A DNA stretch of 64,000 nucleotides from Hemiscyllium ocellatum (GCF_020745735.1 NC_083434.1:37755966-37819965); one strand, 5' to 3'. Counted from the first letter of the stretch, positions 1-13,925 are shown. Numbers and translations: made by a program. Notes: generated by a model from the letters alone, not told the origin.

Positions 1-334
1 CTCAACCAGCACTGATATGATAAGCCAAATGGACTCCTGCTGTGCCAAAACATTTTCTATTTTTTTACCACTTTGCTCAAAAGGATGAAAACTGTTTGTA
101 ACGATCCACCAAAATGGTTGTGAAATTATGGATGCTGGAGTATTCAAACATGACCTGGATGCTGAGCTGGGTGAGCTGAAATAGTGCATGAACATGCTCA
201 ATGGGTTAGTGGGCCATGAAATGCCCTCATACGTTTCTGTTTCTTATCTTGTTGCTGAACCATGCAAAAACTGTGATACTGGCAGCATCGCGGTCCATCC
301 TCAACCCTCTGTATGGTAAAGAAAATTCTTCAGA

Positions 335-960
335 TCACAAGAAGCAGGAGCAGGAGTAATCCATTCCATGAACCCCCAACCCAAATTACCATTCAAGAAG
401 AACATGATTGTGACCTTAATTCTACTTTCCTGGCCCCACCCCATAACCATTTCAAACTTATATATTCAATGGCTCCAAAGGGAAAAGAATTCCAGAGAGA
501 TGAAATTCCCCTCATCTCCACTTTAAGTGGGAGACTCTCTCATTTTAATTCTAGACCATCAACAAGGAGAAAATAAATCCTCCCAGTCTCCATCTTATCA
601 AGGCCCCTCAGAATTCTATGCTTCAATAAGCTCACCTCTCATTGAATACAGACCCAACCTACTCAACTATTCCTTAAAAGACAACCGAATCATGTTTAGA
701 CCCCGAAACGTCGAATTCTCTATTCCTGAGATGCTGCCTGGCCTGCTGTGCTTTGACCAGCAACACATTTGCAGCATGTTTAGAATCAGCCAAGTTAACC
801 TTCTTTGAAAAGCCTCCAGTGCAGGCATATCCCTCTTTGATAAGGAGGTCAAAGCAGCACATTCTAGACCAGATGCAGTTTCTGAACAGTTGAAATTCTG
901 CATCCTTCCATTTGTTCTTCTTGCCCTTGCCAGAAAGGCAAACATTGTATTTGCCTTCTC
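335..960 (-). mobile_element. Old CR1-clade LINE 3' fragment
   Basis: KANTMFAFLAR and ALEAFQRRLT remnants; typical tail AGGAGCAGGAGTA..CCATTC. Confidence 0.7.
701..774 (+). mobile_element. 5'-truncated Penelope-like terminal repeat (3' half of the hammerhead only)
   Basis: CCCGAAACGTCGAATT...GATGCTGCCTGGCCTGCTGTGCTTTGACCAGCAACAC. Target duplication CATGTTTAGA (691-700, 775-784). Confidence 0.75.
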
Positions 961-1402
961 AATCAATTACCAAAGCTTAAGTAACGAATTAAATTTTATT
1001 CATTTCAAACAGTGGCAAGAATAAATTGTGACTTACAATTTGGTGGAACACCAGCCAACAATTGTTTCAGGAGAATGTCATTGGGTCCAGTGGCTGTAAA
1101 CCTTTTGACAATGTGTCAAGTCAATGATAAGATAGCTGGTATTAATATCACCCACGAAACCTGATTAGCAGACGGCCAATTTATCCATGCAGGTTACTAC
1201 CCTGATTATGATGGCAGAGTATATGGAGCTTTTTGTGAAGCTTGCGTTGGAAACCTTTTGCGCACCAAGGGTGATAAAACTGGCTAGATCAGCAATTGGG
1301 ATAGATTCACAATGTAAGTGAAGTGAATACCAGTGAAGTGATTATCCGGGAAGATTTCATGCTGAACTGCTGATTAATAATTCCGTCTTCTCTGCACCAC
1401 CT

Positions 1403-1526
1403 AAGAGACCTAAGGGGCAATGTTTTCACGCAGAGAGTGGTACGTGTATGGAATGAGCTGCCAGAGGATGTGGTGGAGGCAGGTGGCATTAGATTGGGTT
1501 GGGATATCTGGTCGGCGTGGATGAGT
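1403..1526 (+). mobile_element. Inverted CR1 3' tail abutting the preceding LINE
   Basis: AAGAGACCTAAGGGGCAA...TGGAATGAGCTGCCAGAGG...GGATGAGTTG continues the - strand element in the opposite orientation. Confidence 0.75.
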
Positions 1527-3475
1527 TGCCCCTTAGGTCTCTTTTATATCTTTCCCCTCTCACCCTAAACCTATGCCCTCTAGTTCTGGACTCCCCGACC
1601 CCAGGGAAAAGACTTTGTCTATTTATCCTATCCATGCCTCTCAAAATTTTGTAAGCCTCCATAAGGTCATCCTCAACCTCCAATGCTCCAGGGAAAACAG
1701 CCCCAGCCTGTTCAGCCTCTCCCTGTAGCTCAAATCCTCCAACCCTGGCAACATCCTTGTAAATCTTTTCTAAACCCTTTCAAGTTTCACAACATCTTTC
1801 CGATAGGAAAGAGACCAGAATTGCACGCAATATTCCAACAGTGGTCTAACCAATGTTCTGTACAGCCACAACATTACCTCCCAACTCCTCAAGACTCTGA
1901 CCAATAAAGGAAAGCATACCAAACGCCTTCTTCACTATCCTAGCTACCTGCGATTCCACTTTCAAGGAGCTATGAACCTGCACTCCAAGGTCTCTTTGTT
2001 CAGCAACACTCCCTAGGACCTTACCATCAAGTGTATAAGTCCTGCTAAGATTTGCTTTCCCAAAATGCAGCATCTCACATTTATCTGAATTAAACTCCAT
2101 CTGCCACTTCTTAGCCCATTGGCCCATCTGATCCAGATCCTGTTGTAATCTGAGGTAACCCTCTTCACTGTCCACTATACCTCCAATTTTGGTGTCATCT
2201 GCAAACTTACTAACTGTACCTCTTATTCTCACATCCAAATAATTTATGTAAATGACAAAAAGTAGAGGACCCAGCACCGATCCTTGTGGCACTCTACTGG
2301 TCACAGACCTCCGGTCTGAAAAACAACCCTCCACCACCAACCTCTGTCTTCTACCTTTGACCCAGTTCTGTATTAAAATGGCTAGTTCTCCTTGAATTCC
2401 ATGAGATCTAACCTTGCTAATCAGTCTCCCATGGGGAACCTTGTTGAACACCTTACTGAAGTCCATATAGATCACACCTACTACTCTGCCCTCATCTATC
2501 TTCTTTGTTACTTCTTCAAAAAACTCAATCAAGTTTGTGAGACATGCTTTCCTATGCACAAAGCCATGTTGACTATACCTAATCAGTCCTTGCCTTTCCA
2601 AATACATGTACATCCTGTTCCTCAGGATTCCCTCCAACAACTTGCCCACCACCAAGGTCAGGCTCACCGTTCTATAGTTCCCTGGCTTGTCTTTACTGCT
2701 GTTCTTAAACCGTGGCACCATGTTTGCCAACCTCCAGTCTTCTGGCATCTCACCTGTGACTATCGATGATACAAATATCTCAGCAAGAGGCCCAACAATC
2801 ACTTCTCTAGCTTCCCACAGAGTTCTCAGGTACACCTGATCAGGTCCTGGGGATTTATCCACTTTTAACCATTTCAAAACATCCAGCACTTCCTCCTCTG
2901 TAATCTGGACATTTTGCAAGATGTCACCATCTATTTCCCTACAGTCTATATCTTCCATATCCCTTTCCACAGTAAATACTGATGCAAAATATTCATTTAG
3001 TATCTCCCCCATTTTAAGTGGCTCCACACAAAGGCCACCTTGCTGATCTTTGAGGGGAGAAAGTGAGGTCTGCAGATACTGGAGATCAGAGCTGAAAATG
3101 TGTTGCTGGAAAAGCGCAGCAGGTCAGGCAGCATCCAAGGAACAGGAGATTCGACGTTGCGGGCATAAGCCCTTCTTCAGGAATCTTTGAGGGGCCCTAT
3201 TCTCTCCCTAGTTTACCTTTTGTCCTTAATATATTTGTAAAAACCCTTTGGATTCTCCTTAATTCTATTTGCCAAAGCTATTTCATGTCCCCATTTTGCC
3301 CTCCTGATTTCCCTCTTAAAGTATACTCCTACTTTCTTTATACTCTTCTAAGGATTCACTCGATCTATCCTGTCTATACCTGACATGTGCTTCCTTCTTT
3401 TTCTTAACCAAACCTTCAATTTCTTTAGTCATCCAGCATTCCCTATACCTACCAGCCTTCCCTTTCACCCTAACA
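1527..3475 (-). mobile_element. CR1-clade LINE, 5'-truncated, with a 393-aa RT-domain ORF remnant (1846-3027)
   Basis: Motifs [55 protein letters not shown]. Interrupted by deletions and a nested terminal-repeat insertion. Confidence 0.93.
3058..3184 (-). mobile_element. Penelope-like terminal repeat with a core-mutated hammerhead, nested in a CR1 LINE
   Basis: AUUC-CUGAAGA-A-GGGC-UUAU-GCCC-GCAA-CG-UC-GAAU (GAAA changed to GCAA). 12-bp target duplication ATCTTTGAGGGG (3046-3057, 3183-3194). Confidence 0.8.
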
Positions 3476-5380
3476 GTGTTTGAATAAATTGTGTTTTGCT
3501 TAACACCAAGTAATTTGACCAGTTCAATTACATCTGGAACAAAGCATTTTACATTTGCCTTTAAAATAAGAAAACGTTAGCATCTAGGCTACCTTCTTAA
3601 AATATTTGGCGGGGGTCTGGTCTGGTCCATACCACTAGCCTGCCAATCTTCTATCCATACCAATCTATTATCTCCTACAGCATGAGCTTTTGTTGTGTTG
3701 ATATGACCTTTGATGTGGCACCTTATCAAATGCTTTCTGAAAATTCAATCTATGCTATTATGAATAATAGTTCAAACATGGTATGTAATTGTGTAACAAA
3801 TATTTACAAGGAACAGGAGTAAGCCATATCATTCCCTCAAGCCTGCTCTGCCATTTAATAAACACATGGCTGATCTATTTTATATCTCTGCAGATCAGAT
3901 AAAATTGCACAGGAACATAAATGGAAAGGAGATTTGAAATGACTCACGCAAAACAAATCTACATGTAAACTATTTTCTGTATTGATTACAGCGTGACATT
4001 TGGATTAAATGCTTCTCTTTAGTCACCTGCTGAGGACTGAACGGGCTGGAAGATGCTCTGCTTTTCATCAGACTATGAAATACTGCATTTATTCAAACAG
4101 ATGTGCCACTTGCATCTCTTTAACAAATCACTTGCAGCAATTTTAGCACTGGACTTAAAGAGTTCAATCATGTTGATTATCTATTAACATTTGTTGCACA
4201 AGTTAAGGGAAGCTAAGTTTTGATTGAAAAATACAGATTCAAATTATCATTTTTGTTTCTGTTATGAAAAATTGCTCAATCATAGAGATTAGGAATTCTA
4301 CACTTTTGGCCCATTCTATCTGGTAAAATGGAAGTCAATTAACATCTCCAATCTTGTGGTCCAGTGGTAGTATTCCAATCTCAAGTCTAAGATGCCCAGG
4401 TTCAAGTCCCACCTGCTCCAGAGGTGTGTAATAATATCACTGAACAGGTGTGATTACAAAACTTTGAAAGAATAAAAGGTCTCAAAGCCCTTAGTTTTGC
4501 ACAGGAAGTTAGAGGACTAACACAATGGAGGAAGAAACCTTAATGATAACATGGATCAATCATAGTTCCTTGTCATTCTCCTGACAGGATCAGAAGATAA
4601 TGAAAAACTAAGCAGACATTATGGTACATTAATGTTGCATAGCACCAGCAAAGAACACACTCAGATTTGAAGCAGTAATTGCTATATTTATAGATACATG
4701 TACATCTGGGAAGTATTAAGTCTTTTGGAGATGCCCCTCAAGATAATTCATTAAAATTAATATCCTAATTAGGATTGAGAGCGGTTTTCTGACACTTTTA
4801 CAAAAACAAAGTGACTACCTTCCCTGAGGAAACATTGAAGAATAGCTTTGGCATAAGTGACATCCCTTGTCCATCAAACTGAATTTAGATTGACAAACAA
4901 TATTTTGATGAGGAAACGGCCATTTGCCTGTCTTTCTTGATGACAGGTTACTCTTAAGCTTGTTGAACAAGGCATGAACTGACGTCCATCAGTGAAGGAA
5001 ATGTTGTTAATTAAACAGAAGTGGCCTCAACATGAAAATTAATACACATCAAGATCAGTCCCTGCAGGGCAAAATGCATGAGCCCTAATGTGATAAGATA
5101 TTGTACAGTTCACAGACTTAATCATTCAAGCCCACAAATTAAGGGTATGTTTATCCTAAGATTCAACAGATCAATCTTCACATTGCAATCTAACTTCACT
5201 GGATCCCAAAAGGCAGCCCGGCTTCCTAAAAATAAAAATTCATATTGTTAATACCAAAACCTCTAATTAAAATATTAAAAATCTATTTGGACTTAATCAG
5301 TGTCTATAGCATTATACAATAATTAGAAATATTTTTAAAGAATGATAAAATTAAACTCTACTTAAATGTTTTATGCACAC

Positions 5381-6050
5381 AGGTAGATAGGATAGTGAAG
5401 AAGGCATTTGGTATGCTTTCCTTTATTGGTCAGAGTATTGAGTACAGCAGTTGAGAGGTCATGTTGCAGCTGTACAGGACATTGGTTAGGCCACTTCTGG
5501 AATGTTGCATGCACTTCTGATCTCCTTCCTATCAGAAAGATGTTGTGAAACTTGAAAGGGTTCAGAAAAGATTTACGAGGATGTTGCCAGGCTTGGAGGA
5601 TTTGAGCTATCAGGAGAGGCTGAACAGGCTGGGGCTGTTTTCCCTGGAGAGTCGGAGGCTGAGGGCGACCTCATAAAGATTTATAAAATCATCAGGGGCA
5701 TGGATAGGATAAATAGACAAAGTATTTCCCCTGAGGTGGGGGTATCCAGAACTAGAGGGCATAGGTTTAGGGTGAAAGGGGAAAGATATAAAAGAGACCT
5801 AAGGGGCAACTTTTCCATGCAGAGGGTAGTGCACGTATGGAATGAGCTGCCAGAGGAAGTGATGGAGGCTGGTACAATTACAACATTTAAAAGGCATCTG
5901 GATGGGTATATGAATAGGAAGGGTTTAGAGGGATATGGGTCAAGTGCTGGCAAATAGAACTAGATTTGGTTTGGATATCTGGTTGGCATGGATTAGTTGG
6001 TCCGAAGGATCTGTTTCCATGCTGTACATCTCTACGACTCTATGACTCTA
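5381..6050 (+). mobile_element. CR1-clade LINE 3' end
   Basis: SRTRGHRFRVKG...WNELPEEV...FKRHLD remnant; tail CTCTACGACTCTATGACTCTA. Confidence 0.92.
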
Positions 6051-6520
6051 TAACATGATTTTTCTCACTTCTGCAAAATAATTACATGGTTAGATTCAAA
6101 TTTACGAGAACACATCCCACCTTAATCACAAATTTTAGTCAATCAAATTGGCATGATATTCTAGAAAAGAACATACTGAAAATGCTCAACAGCTGCATCT
6201 GTAAAACATAGTTAATATTTCAAGTCATTGATTTTTCGTCAGAAGGTGATCAACCAGAAATGAAATCTCTGTGCTCCTCCAATTCTGCTCTCTTACGAAT
6301 CCCAATTCTAGTCATTCCACCAATACCCCAGCTATAGAGGCCTGAAGCTCTGAAATTTCCACCCTTTTGACCATCTCTCCTAAAATCTTCTTATGTAGCT
6401 TTGTATAAGGTTCAGTGACAGTTTCATTAAATTTGATGGATATGATTGTCAGAAGCTATCACCCATAGAGGGCACTGGTTAGCTCAAATGGTTTGCTATG
6501 CAGAGTCGTGCCAACATGAA

Positions 6521-6834
6521 TTAGATTTTAGATTACTTACAGTGTGGAAACAAGCCCTTTGGCCCAACAAGTCCACACCGACCCGCCGAAGCGCAACCCA
6601 CCCATACCCCTACATTTACCCCTTACCTAACACAACGGGCAATTTAGCATGGCCAATTCACCTGACCCGCACATCTTTGGACTGTGGGAGGAAACCGGAG
6701 CACCCGGAGGAAACCCACGCAGACACGGGGAGAATTTGCAAACTCCACACAGTCAGTCGCCTGAGTCGGGAATTGAACCCGGGTCTCTGGTGCTGTGAGG
6801 CAGCAGTGCTAACCACTGTACCACCATGCTGCCC
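6521..6834 (-). mobile_element. tRNA-derived SINE (HE1/V-SINE type)
   Basis: A box GGTGGTACAGTGGTTAGC, B box GGGTTCAATTCCC, core GTGTGGAGTTTGCA.ATTCTCCCCGTGTCTGCGTGGGTTTCCTCCGGGTGCTCCGG, CR1-derived tail with (TCTAA) repeats. Confidence 0.9.
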
Positions 6835-6977
6835 AACTGTGTTGGTCCAACTCCCACACCAGCTGAGATTCTCATGAAGAACCTTACTTTTCAACCGCTC
6901 CCCTCACCTGAGGTTGGACCACCACCATTTGTCTCTGTCCAATAAGTGAGTAGGTCTATAATGACTTTGTCTTTTTA

Positions 6978-7430
6978 GATTGCTATGGAGTGAATGCAAC
7001 AGAGGTTCACCAAACTAGTTGCCAGGTGGTGGGACTGTCTTATGAAGACAGGTTGGGCAGTTTGGGCCTGTTTTCCTAGAGCTTCAAGGTGATCTCATTG
7101 AAATCTGGAAGATACTTAAATGGATAGTCGGGGTAAGATCAGGTAAGATGTTTCTCCCTGTCTGGAGCACCATTTAAAAATACAGGAATGCCACTTCAGT
7201 CTAAGACAAGAAGAATTAATTATTTTACTCAGAGGGTTGTGAGCATTTGGAATTCTCTCCCACAATGAGCTGTGGAAGCTCAGACCTTGTGTATGTTTAA
7301 GGTAGAGATTGATATATTTCTGATTACAAATGGCATAAAGAGGATGGTGTGAGTAAAAGACATTGAAGTGTTCCAAAAGCCATGATCATATTGAATAGTG
7401 AGGCAGACTCAATGCAAATTGTTCCTATAG
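6978..7430 (+). mobile_element. Old CR1-clade LINE 3' fragment
   Basis: GCAACAGAGGTTCACCAAACT...TGGAATTCTCT...AGAGATTGATATATTT...CCATGATCATATTGAAT. Confidence 0.7.
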
Positions 7431-8289
7431 TCCTCATGCTCCTCCTACACCAATGACCAAGTGGCTTAGGATAACTGAAAGGACATTGCATATGATTGGG
7501 GTTACAGGATTAGCCCTGGGAGGAGATTGATGGGGTAAGCAAAAGGTAGTTGTTTACACCATTCCCATTATTGTCAAGTGTGGCGATATAAAACAAGATA
7601 AAACACAAATGATAGAATAGAAATAGAAAAATGCTGGAAATGCAAAGTAAATCAGTCATCATCTGTGCAGAGAAAAATACAGTTTAATAATTCATGCAAG
7701 TTTCTGTGCTGAACGTTTGAAAAGAGCCAAGAATTATAATGGAATTGGAAACAAAACAAAGGTAGAAGGAGAAAGATAACAGTAGCAGATAGCTCAAGCA
7801 CTGAGTGCATGTTAAAGAGTGAAATGAACTGAAACTTGCTCACAAGGCAACAAATATATAAGAAGTTGTTAGATAGTACAGTATAATAGACTACCCCTGT
7901 AAGGGACTGCAAGATATTTGAACAAACAAGTGAATGTATAAATAGCCAGGATAGCAACAGAATGGAGAAACCTTTGTACTAAAGGGCTTATGTGGTATAA
8001 CACTGGAGACCAAATTTTGAAGATCAAAGTTGGAAGAGAAGCGGAACACCATAGACTGTATGGACGTATTTGGCACAATAGTTGCCTAATCTGTATTTGA
8101 ACTCTTGATGTAAAGGAAGGTTTCCCATGTGTGACGAGCTGTGCAATGTAAGAGGTAGACCTAGGTTATTCTTACACTGGAAAGGAGAGCTGGGGGCACC
8201 TGGGCAGTAGACTTTGGAGTAAAGCTTTTACATTTTCAACCTTGAGTTATGTGTGTTTTCAACAACATTTTCCAGAATGGCTCAGCTGC

Positions 8290-8570
8290 TCCCTCAAGTC
8301 GAGAGAAAAGATCCCACGTCACTATTTGGAAGAAGACCAAGAGTGTTCCTACCAGCATCCTCACCAATATTGAACCCTCAATCAGTTTCATTTGGAACAA
8401 ATTATCTGCCCATTTGAACATTGCTGCTGTTGGACACCTGTTGCGCTGAAACTGGCTGCAGACTTTCCTATAACACAATAATGATCATTTTTCAAAAATA
8501 ATTTCATTGACTGTAAAGTGCTTTGATACATCCAGCAGAAATGAAGGGCTTTACATAAATTCAAGTCTTA
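8290..8570 (+). mobile_element. Ancient Deu-core SINE remnant (SacSINE1/AmnSINE1-like)
   Basis: AAAAGATCCCACGTCACTATTTGGAAGAAGA...CCAATATTGAACCCTCAATCA...ACATTGCTGCTGTTGG...TTCATTGACTGTAAAGTGCTTTG resembles the Deu-SINE consensus as I recall it. A further decayed copy is on the - strand at ~45640-45885. Confidence 0.6.
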
Positions 8571-9985
8571 TATTTATTGCACTTTTGTCACACTTTGCAT
8601 AGTAATTATTTGTCATTTAAATCTTGAAAGGGGATAATAATCAAGAGAAATAATACAACCACTTGAAGCACCCTGTAATTTCTGTCTTTAATCTGCTGAA
8701 TCCACTTAAATAACTCAAATAATTTCATGTATTCATATGTCTCTGTTAGCATCATGCAATCACTGCAAAACCGTGCTTTACAAGGGAGGTGAAATGTGAA
8801 ATCCATTAAAAGTGGCTTAGAAAGCCAATTACACTAAAGGAAGTATACACCACTGGCACTGACAGAAATAAATGGGTTTGGTACATTTAAACGGCACAAG
8901 TGGGTGTGTGTCTGTCTGAAAATGTCACGGTCAGAGGGACAGAGTATAGTCAATTGAAGTGATTCAGAGAAGCACAGTTATCATATTATCAACTCATAAT
9001 TATATCATTGGGATTGTCATCTCCATTAAACCCCTCGGGACCTTAACACTTTCCTACTGGATAGGCTCCTGCGGTTTAGAAAAATGCATGTGAAAATGTC
9101 TTGATCTTTCTGCAGTGAATTCCAGCCTCTCAAGCTATATTTGATGTTGAAGGCATGAGACTTACACTAGTTCAAGAATCTTTCAAAGTATCTGGGCATA
9201 GAACAGTACAAGATGAACAGAAACAGCTGTTTAGCCCACACATACAAGTTAGTATTAATGCTCCATTCATTTCTCCTCATCTTTTCTGATCCAATTACAA
9301 CATACAGGTGAGGAAGAAGAATCAGCTACTTGGCCATTTCAGCTTTTTCTGTTTTTCGACAAGATCGTGGCTGGTCTGATTTTAACCTCAATGCTATATT
9401 TCTGCATATCTTCCAATAATCTTTCATCCCCTTGGTAATCACGAATCTATCTACTTTTCACCTTAAAAATATTTAAATTCTAACAGTATAACCCGTTGCT
9501 TGAGCAATGCGCACCATTGCTCCCTAATGACTTCTCATAGATCTGAGGTGGACAAGTTGGAAGTATTGCTGATGACAATGTATTATCATGACATTGTTAC
9601 ACATATCCCTCAACCCATTTCTTCCACCTGGCTCTAAAGTCAATTTGCTCACTCATGTTTCTATTGAAATTAGAAGAAAATGGGGGATGTATGTACATTG
9701 AATACTCATTACATTGTATATTGAAATGAGAGGATCTCCTACAAGGTGGTATTAAGTAGCATTCATCCCTTTAGAAGGAGAGGTCACCTCATTGAGACAT
9801 GGAAGATTCTGAGAGGGTTTGATGGAATAGACGCTGAGAGACTCCAATCTTACAGGAGAATCTTAGAAAGACCATTTCAGAATGAGAGAGGGATTAAGCA
9901 TATTCAAGGTTGAGACTCGTAGAGTTTAGAGGATAGGGCAGAAAAGAGAAGTCGAGGTTGAGGGTGAACATAATGAATGCTGGGT

Positions 9986-10067
9986 CGAGAGTGTGGTACT
10001 GAAAAAGCACAGCAGGTCAGGCAGCATCCGAGGAGCAGGAGAATCGACGTTGCAGGCAACAGCCCTT
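9986..10067 (-). mobile_element. Degenerate Penelope-like terminal repeat fragment
   Basis: AAAAGCACAGCAGGTCAGGCAGCATCCGAGGAGCAGGAGAATCGACGTT; the hammerhead is truncated and mutated. Confidence 0.7.
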
Positions 10068-10809
10068 GGGTTCACAGGGACATAAGTCCAGACTGGGCGT
10101 TAGATGGTGGGGGGGAGGGGGGAGAATGTGTATTGGGGTTTGGGGAAGGAGTTAAGGGAAGCAGGTTTTGCACCAGAAGGGATAGGTGAGACTGCCATCA
10201 CCTCACCACCCAAAGACTGTGTGGTATCATCAAACTGAGAGGAGCTCTGTGCAATTTCAATATTAACTCTTTCAGAACTATTGTCTTGTACGACAATGCC
10301 CTACAGCACGTGGATGCCTGCTCCCCAAACAGAAGAGAAAACATCAAATCCCAAAGGAATGATTTGCTGATTTGGTGTAGACTTTATCAAGTTTGTGCAC
10401 ATCCGCACTGAGAGACGCCAACTCCATCTAAGTTAGACTTAGATAACATGTTGCTCAGAATCTGCTGGAGCCTGCAAGCCCTTGATTATGTGTTTGAACA
10501 GTATGACTATCAAAGCATTTGTCTCTCCTGTAGATTTCTGTAGATGTAGGGCAGATAAAACAAAAACAACAGAAAGTTAAATTTATATAGCACTATTGAT
10601 ATATTAAAGTTTCCCAGGTGGCTTCACAGGAAAATTATAACACAGATATGATGCCGAACCAGGAAAAATATTAAGTCAGGCGATCAATAGCTTGGTCAAG
10701 AAGTAGGTTTTAAAATGTGTTTAGAAGGTGGTTGAGGAATGGGACTTGGTGTGAGTTAAGTTATGGGAAGCGGACATTGGATGATCTCACTTTTACGGTG
10801 AATAGAGCA

Positions 10810-11672
10810 TGTGGTATGATGCCAGCTGATGACAATACTGGACAAATCAGATCCCACAGTGAATCCTAGATAGACCATAAGTTTCATTACTTTTATTTTT
10901 GCTTCCTGTGTGAAGTTCAGTAACTGAATAAATTCATGAGGTCACCGATGAACTTATAACTAAAGAACAACTTTATTACACAAAAGAAAAACATGAACTG
11001 CATTACACTTTAAAAGAGAAAAAAAGTGTAATTACAAATACCATAGAGAAAGGTTCAACTTAACAACAACCTTACATTCTCTCAAACCTCCATGAAGGGT
11101 CATCCTTGTCTCCATGGTAAAGCTTCTTTCAGCTACAATCTTTTTCTTTGACAAACTTCTGCATTCACACAATGCTATTTTCTTTAGCTAATGGCTGAGA
11201 TACTTAAAGAAGCTGCAAATTCACTTACTAGTTAATATGTGTTCTTTGAACTCATTCCTTCAATGGTTTTTTAGGATATATTCCTTGTTAACATTTTAAC
11301 AGCCTCTGTTTCTGGTTTTCCTCTAAGTGATTTGGGATTTCTTCCCTGATCCTGACTGCTTGAACTCCTAATAACAACACCTCTAATGTTAAAGTCCTCT
11401 TCTCCCTGAATGGAACATCTTTTATCTGAACGAATCTGCTTCTTTCTTTCTTCTCTCAGTTGTAAAACTCATGTCAGCAAATACCTCAGCAGTTATCTCC
11501 CCAGGTGGTTCACTATTCATTTATCAACAGTCACATGATTCACTGGTTTTCTTTTCACTAATTAAAAATGACTTGCTGACCTCTTCAAAAAGGTAGGTCT
11601 TCACAGGAGTGATTTTTTTTGCCACAAAAGCATAATAAGAAAGAATAATAAGATATTATGAACCTTCATCAC
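10810..11672 (-). mobile_element. Possible solo LTR interrupting an old LINE remnant
   Basis: An ~860-bp block with TGTG...CAC(G) ends and a - strand AATAAA (~10972-10977). The flanks look like two halves of one decayed LINE. No clear target duplication. Confidence 0.25.
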
Positions 11673-12644
11673 GTGAGAGACCAGCCAAAAGTGTATTGGA
11701 GTAGTTAGATTTAGAGTCCTAGATGAGAAAAACATAAGCATCAGTAGCAGATGAGTTGAAGTCAGACAATATTACAGAATTGGAAATAGGATGGTGTTAT
11801 TGATGGTAAATTTATGAGGTCAGAAGCTCAGCTCAGGATCAAAGCACAAGGTGCCAAACAGATAAATTTAATCTATGGTGGTTGCCTAGGTGAGGGATGG
11901 TATCATTAGCTAGGGAAAAGAAATTGGAGTGTGGGGAAGAAAAAAGCAATAACTTCAGTGTTCCTAATATTTAATTTGTTGTAACTTCAGTTTATCCATT
12001 GCTGATAATTTGTCACAAGTGATCATATTGACTGTAAAATCCAATGAGTTCATCTGATTCCAAAAGAGGATTTTTATTCAAAAGTAAAATTTGTTTAATA
12101 AAATCTTATTTTTCTTTGGTGACCAAAGAAGTCACTGTAGTGTCCAGGCAGCACGGCCCTAGAAATCTGTTCCATGCTTGCTGTCAAATCATCTGTTTTA
12201 GGTAACAATTCAAAATCAATCCTATTGATTTATCTTCATCCCTTTCTACACTGTGACATGAACTTTAAATTAAAGTCTCAATTCAGTCCATCTCCATGAG
12301 GACATGGGCCTCCTTACCCATCATTTTGACAGCTCTTGCATCAACTCACTCACTCACCAACAAGTCACTTATCACATCTACGCCCTTTTTCATTCCATCC
12401 ACACCTCACTCATTAACAGTATCATGGCAATGTTCACCCCACATCCTTATATGATTTTCTTGGGCTGGCAAGATGAAAAAAATTAAAGGAGGGAAGCAAG
12501 ATAGGAGAAAAGAAGGAAAGAGAAAATAAATAGAGAGAAAGAGAGAGAAATAAGAGGATAGAGAGAAATAAAACAGAAAAATAAAGGCAGAGGAAGAAGG
12601 AAAGAAATGCTCTCTTTCAGGGCCCCAACAGTTCAAGAAGGCAG

Positions 12645-12744
12645 TCAAGATTAGAGTGGTGCTGGAAAAGCACAGCAGGTCAGGCAGCATCCGAGGAGCA
12701 GGAAAATTGATGTTTCGGGCAGGAGCCCTTCATCAGGAATGATG
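12645..12744 (-). mobile_element. Penelope-like terminal repeat with a hammerhead motif (12705-12740, partly decayed)
   Basis: AUUC-CUGAUGA-A-GGGC-UCCU-GCCC-GAAA-CA-UC-AAUU. Target duplication AAGAAGGCAG (12635-12644, 12745-12754). Confidence 0.75.
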
Positions 12745-13604
12745 AAGAAGGCAGCTCACCACCAATCAAGAATGGAAACCAAATGACCAGCAATAACTTC
12801 AACCCATGAATTCATAACAAAAAGAAGGGACCGGCGACCTGAGGGCACAGATATAAAATAGAAGATTGGCAAAAGCACCAAAGACCACAAGAGGATTTAC
12901 TTTGCTTTTCAAAACACAACTTTTTGTAATATGGAATACACTGCCTGATTGGGTTATAGAACCAGATTCATGAGTAACAGTCAAAAGAATTGTTAAATAG
13001 CTGCAGGGAAAACATTTGCAGGGCTGGAGGAAACAGAGAATTAGTTGGAAAGTTCTACTGAATTCCAACAGAAGCAAAGAGAACTGAAGGCTGATACTTA
13101 GCAATGCAAATATGGAAAGGATAAAGACATGGAGAAACCTGAAACATCTTCTTCAGAATGCAACTCAAAGGCAGGCCCAACTCAAACTATCATGATTCCC
13201 ACCACAGTCAAGGAGGAAGCTCCTGAATCTGCCCCAGAATTGAAATTGAATTCCAAAACGGGGAGTACCAATCTTTTCCCCATCTACCCCCCAGTGTCCC
13301 AAGGAATCTTTGTAGCTGCTCAGATCTACAAACAGCAATGGTACAGGCTCCAATTTTCTGTTGTGGCTGTTGAGGCTGACTTTCTCTGGGGCTGTCATTG
13401 CCTGCCATTGGCTGTGTTGGAATTATTTGCAGGTTGATTTTAGAGTTAGAATGTCAGGGATCAAGACCCACCTACTCCAGAGGTGTGTAATAATATCTCT
13501 GAACAGATTTATTAGAAAATATTTTAAAGAAGAGGGCTAGACCTTGTCAGATGTCAGCTAGAAACCCTAACTAGAATCATAGTGTGGCTACTCTCTGTTG
13601 TTTT

Positions 13605-13925
13605 GGGTGACTTGGCAGCTCAGTGGCTAGCACTGCTGCTTCCCAGGGCTCTGAGTTCAATTCTAGCCTTGCAGAGTTTTTGCACTTTCTCCCTACATCT
13701 GTATGGGTTTCTGCCAGGTGCTCCAGTTTCCTCCCAATGTCAAAAGATGTGCAGGTTAAGTGGATAGGCTAGGATGAATTGCCCATAGTGTCCATAGATG
13801 TGCAGCTATGTACATTAGCCATGGAAACACAGGGTTACTGAGATGGCATGGGTTGCTCTTTCGAAGGTCAGTGCACTCTCAATGGGCTGAACAGCCTCTA
13901 TCTGCACTGTAGGGATTCTTTTCTA
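13605..13925 (+). mobile_element. Degenerate HE1/V-SINE-type SINE
   Basis: GCTCAGTGGCTAGCACTGCTGC...GGTGCTCCAGTTTCCTCCCA. Confidence 0.75.

Noticed and set aside
1846-3027. 393-aa reverse transcriptase ORF as an active or domesticated gene
   Set aside because: A 5'-truncated CR1 copy with no endonuclease, a nested insertion upstream and a deletion/frameshift at the C-terminus.
13129-13437. 102-aa ORF (MEKPETSSSECNS...)
   Set aside because: No recognisable domain or convincing exon structure; it adjoins decayed LINE sequence.
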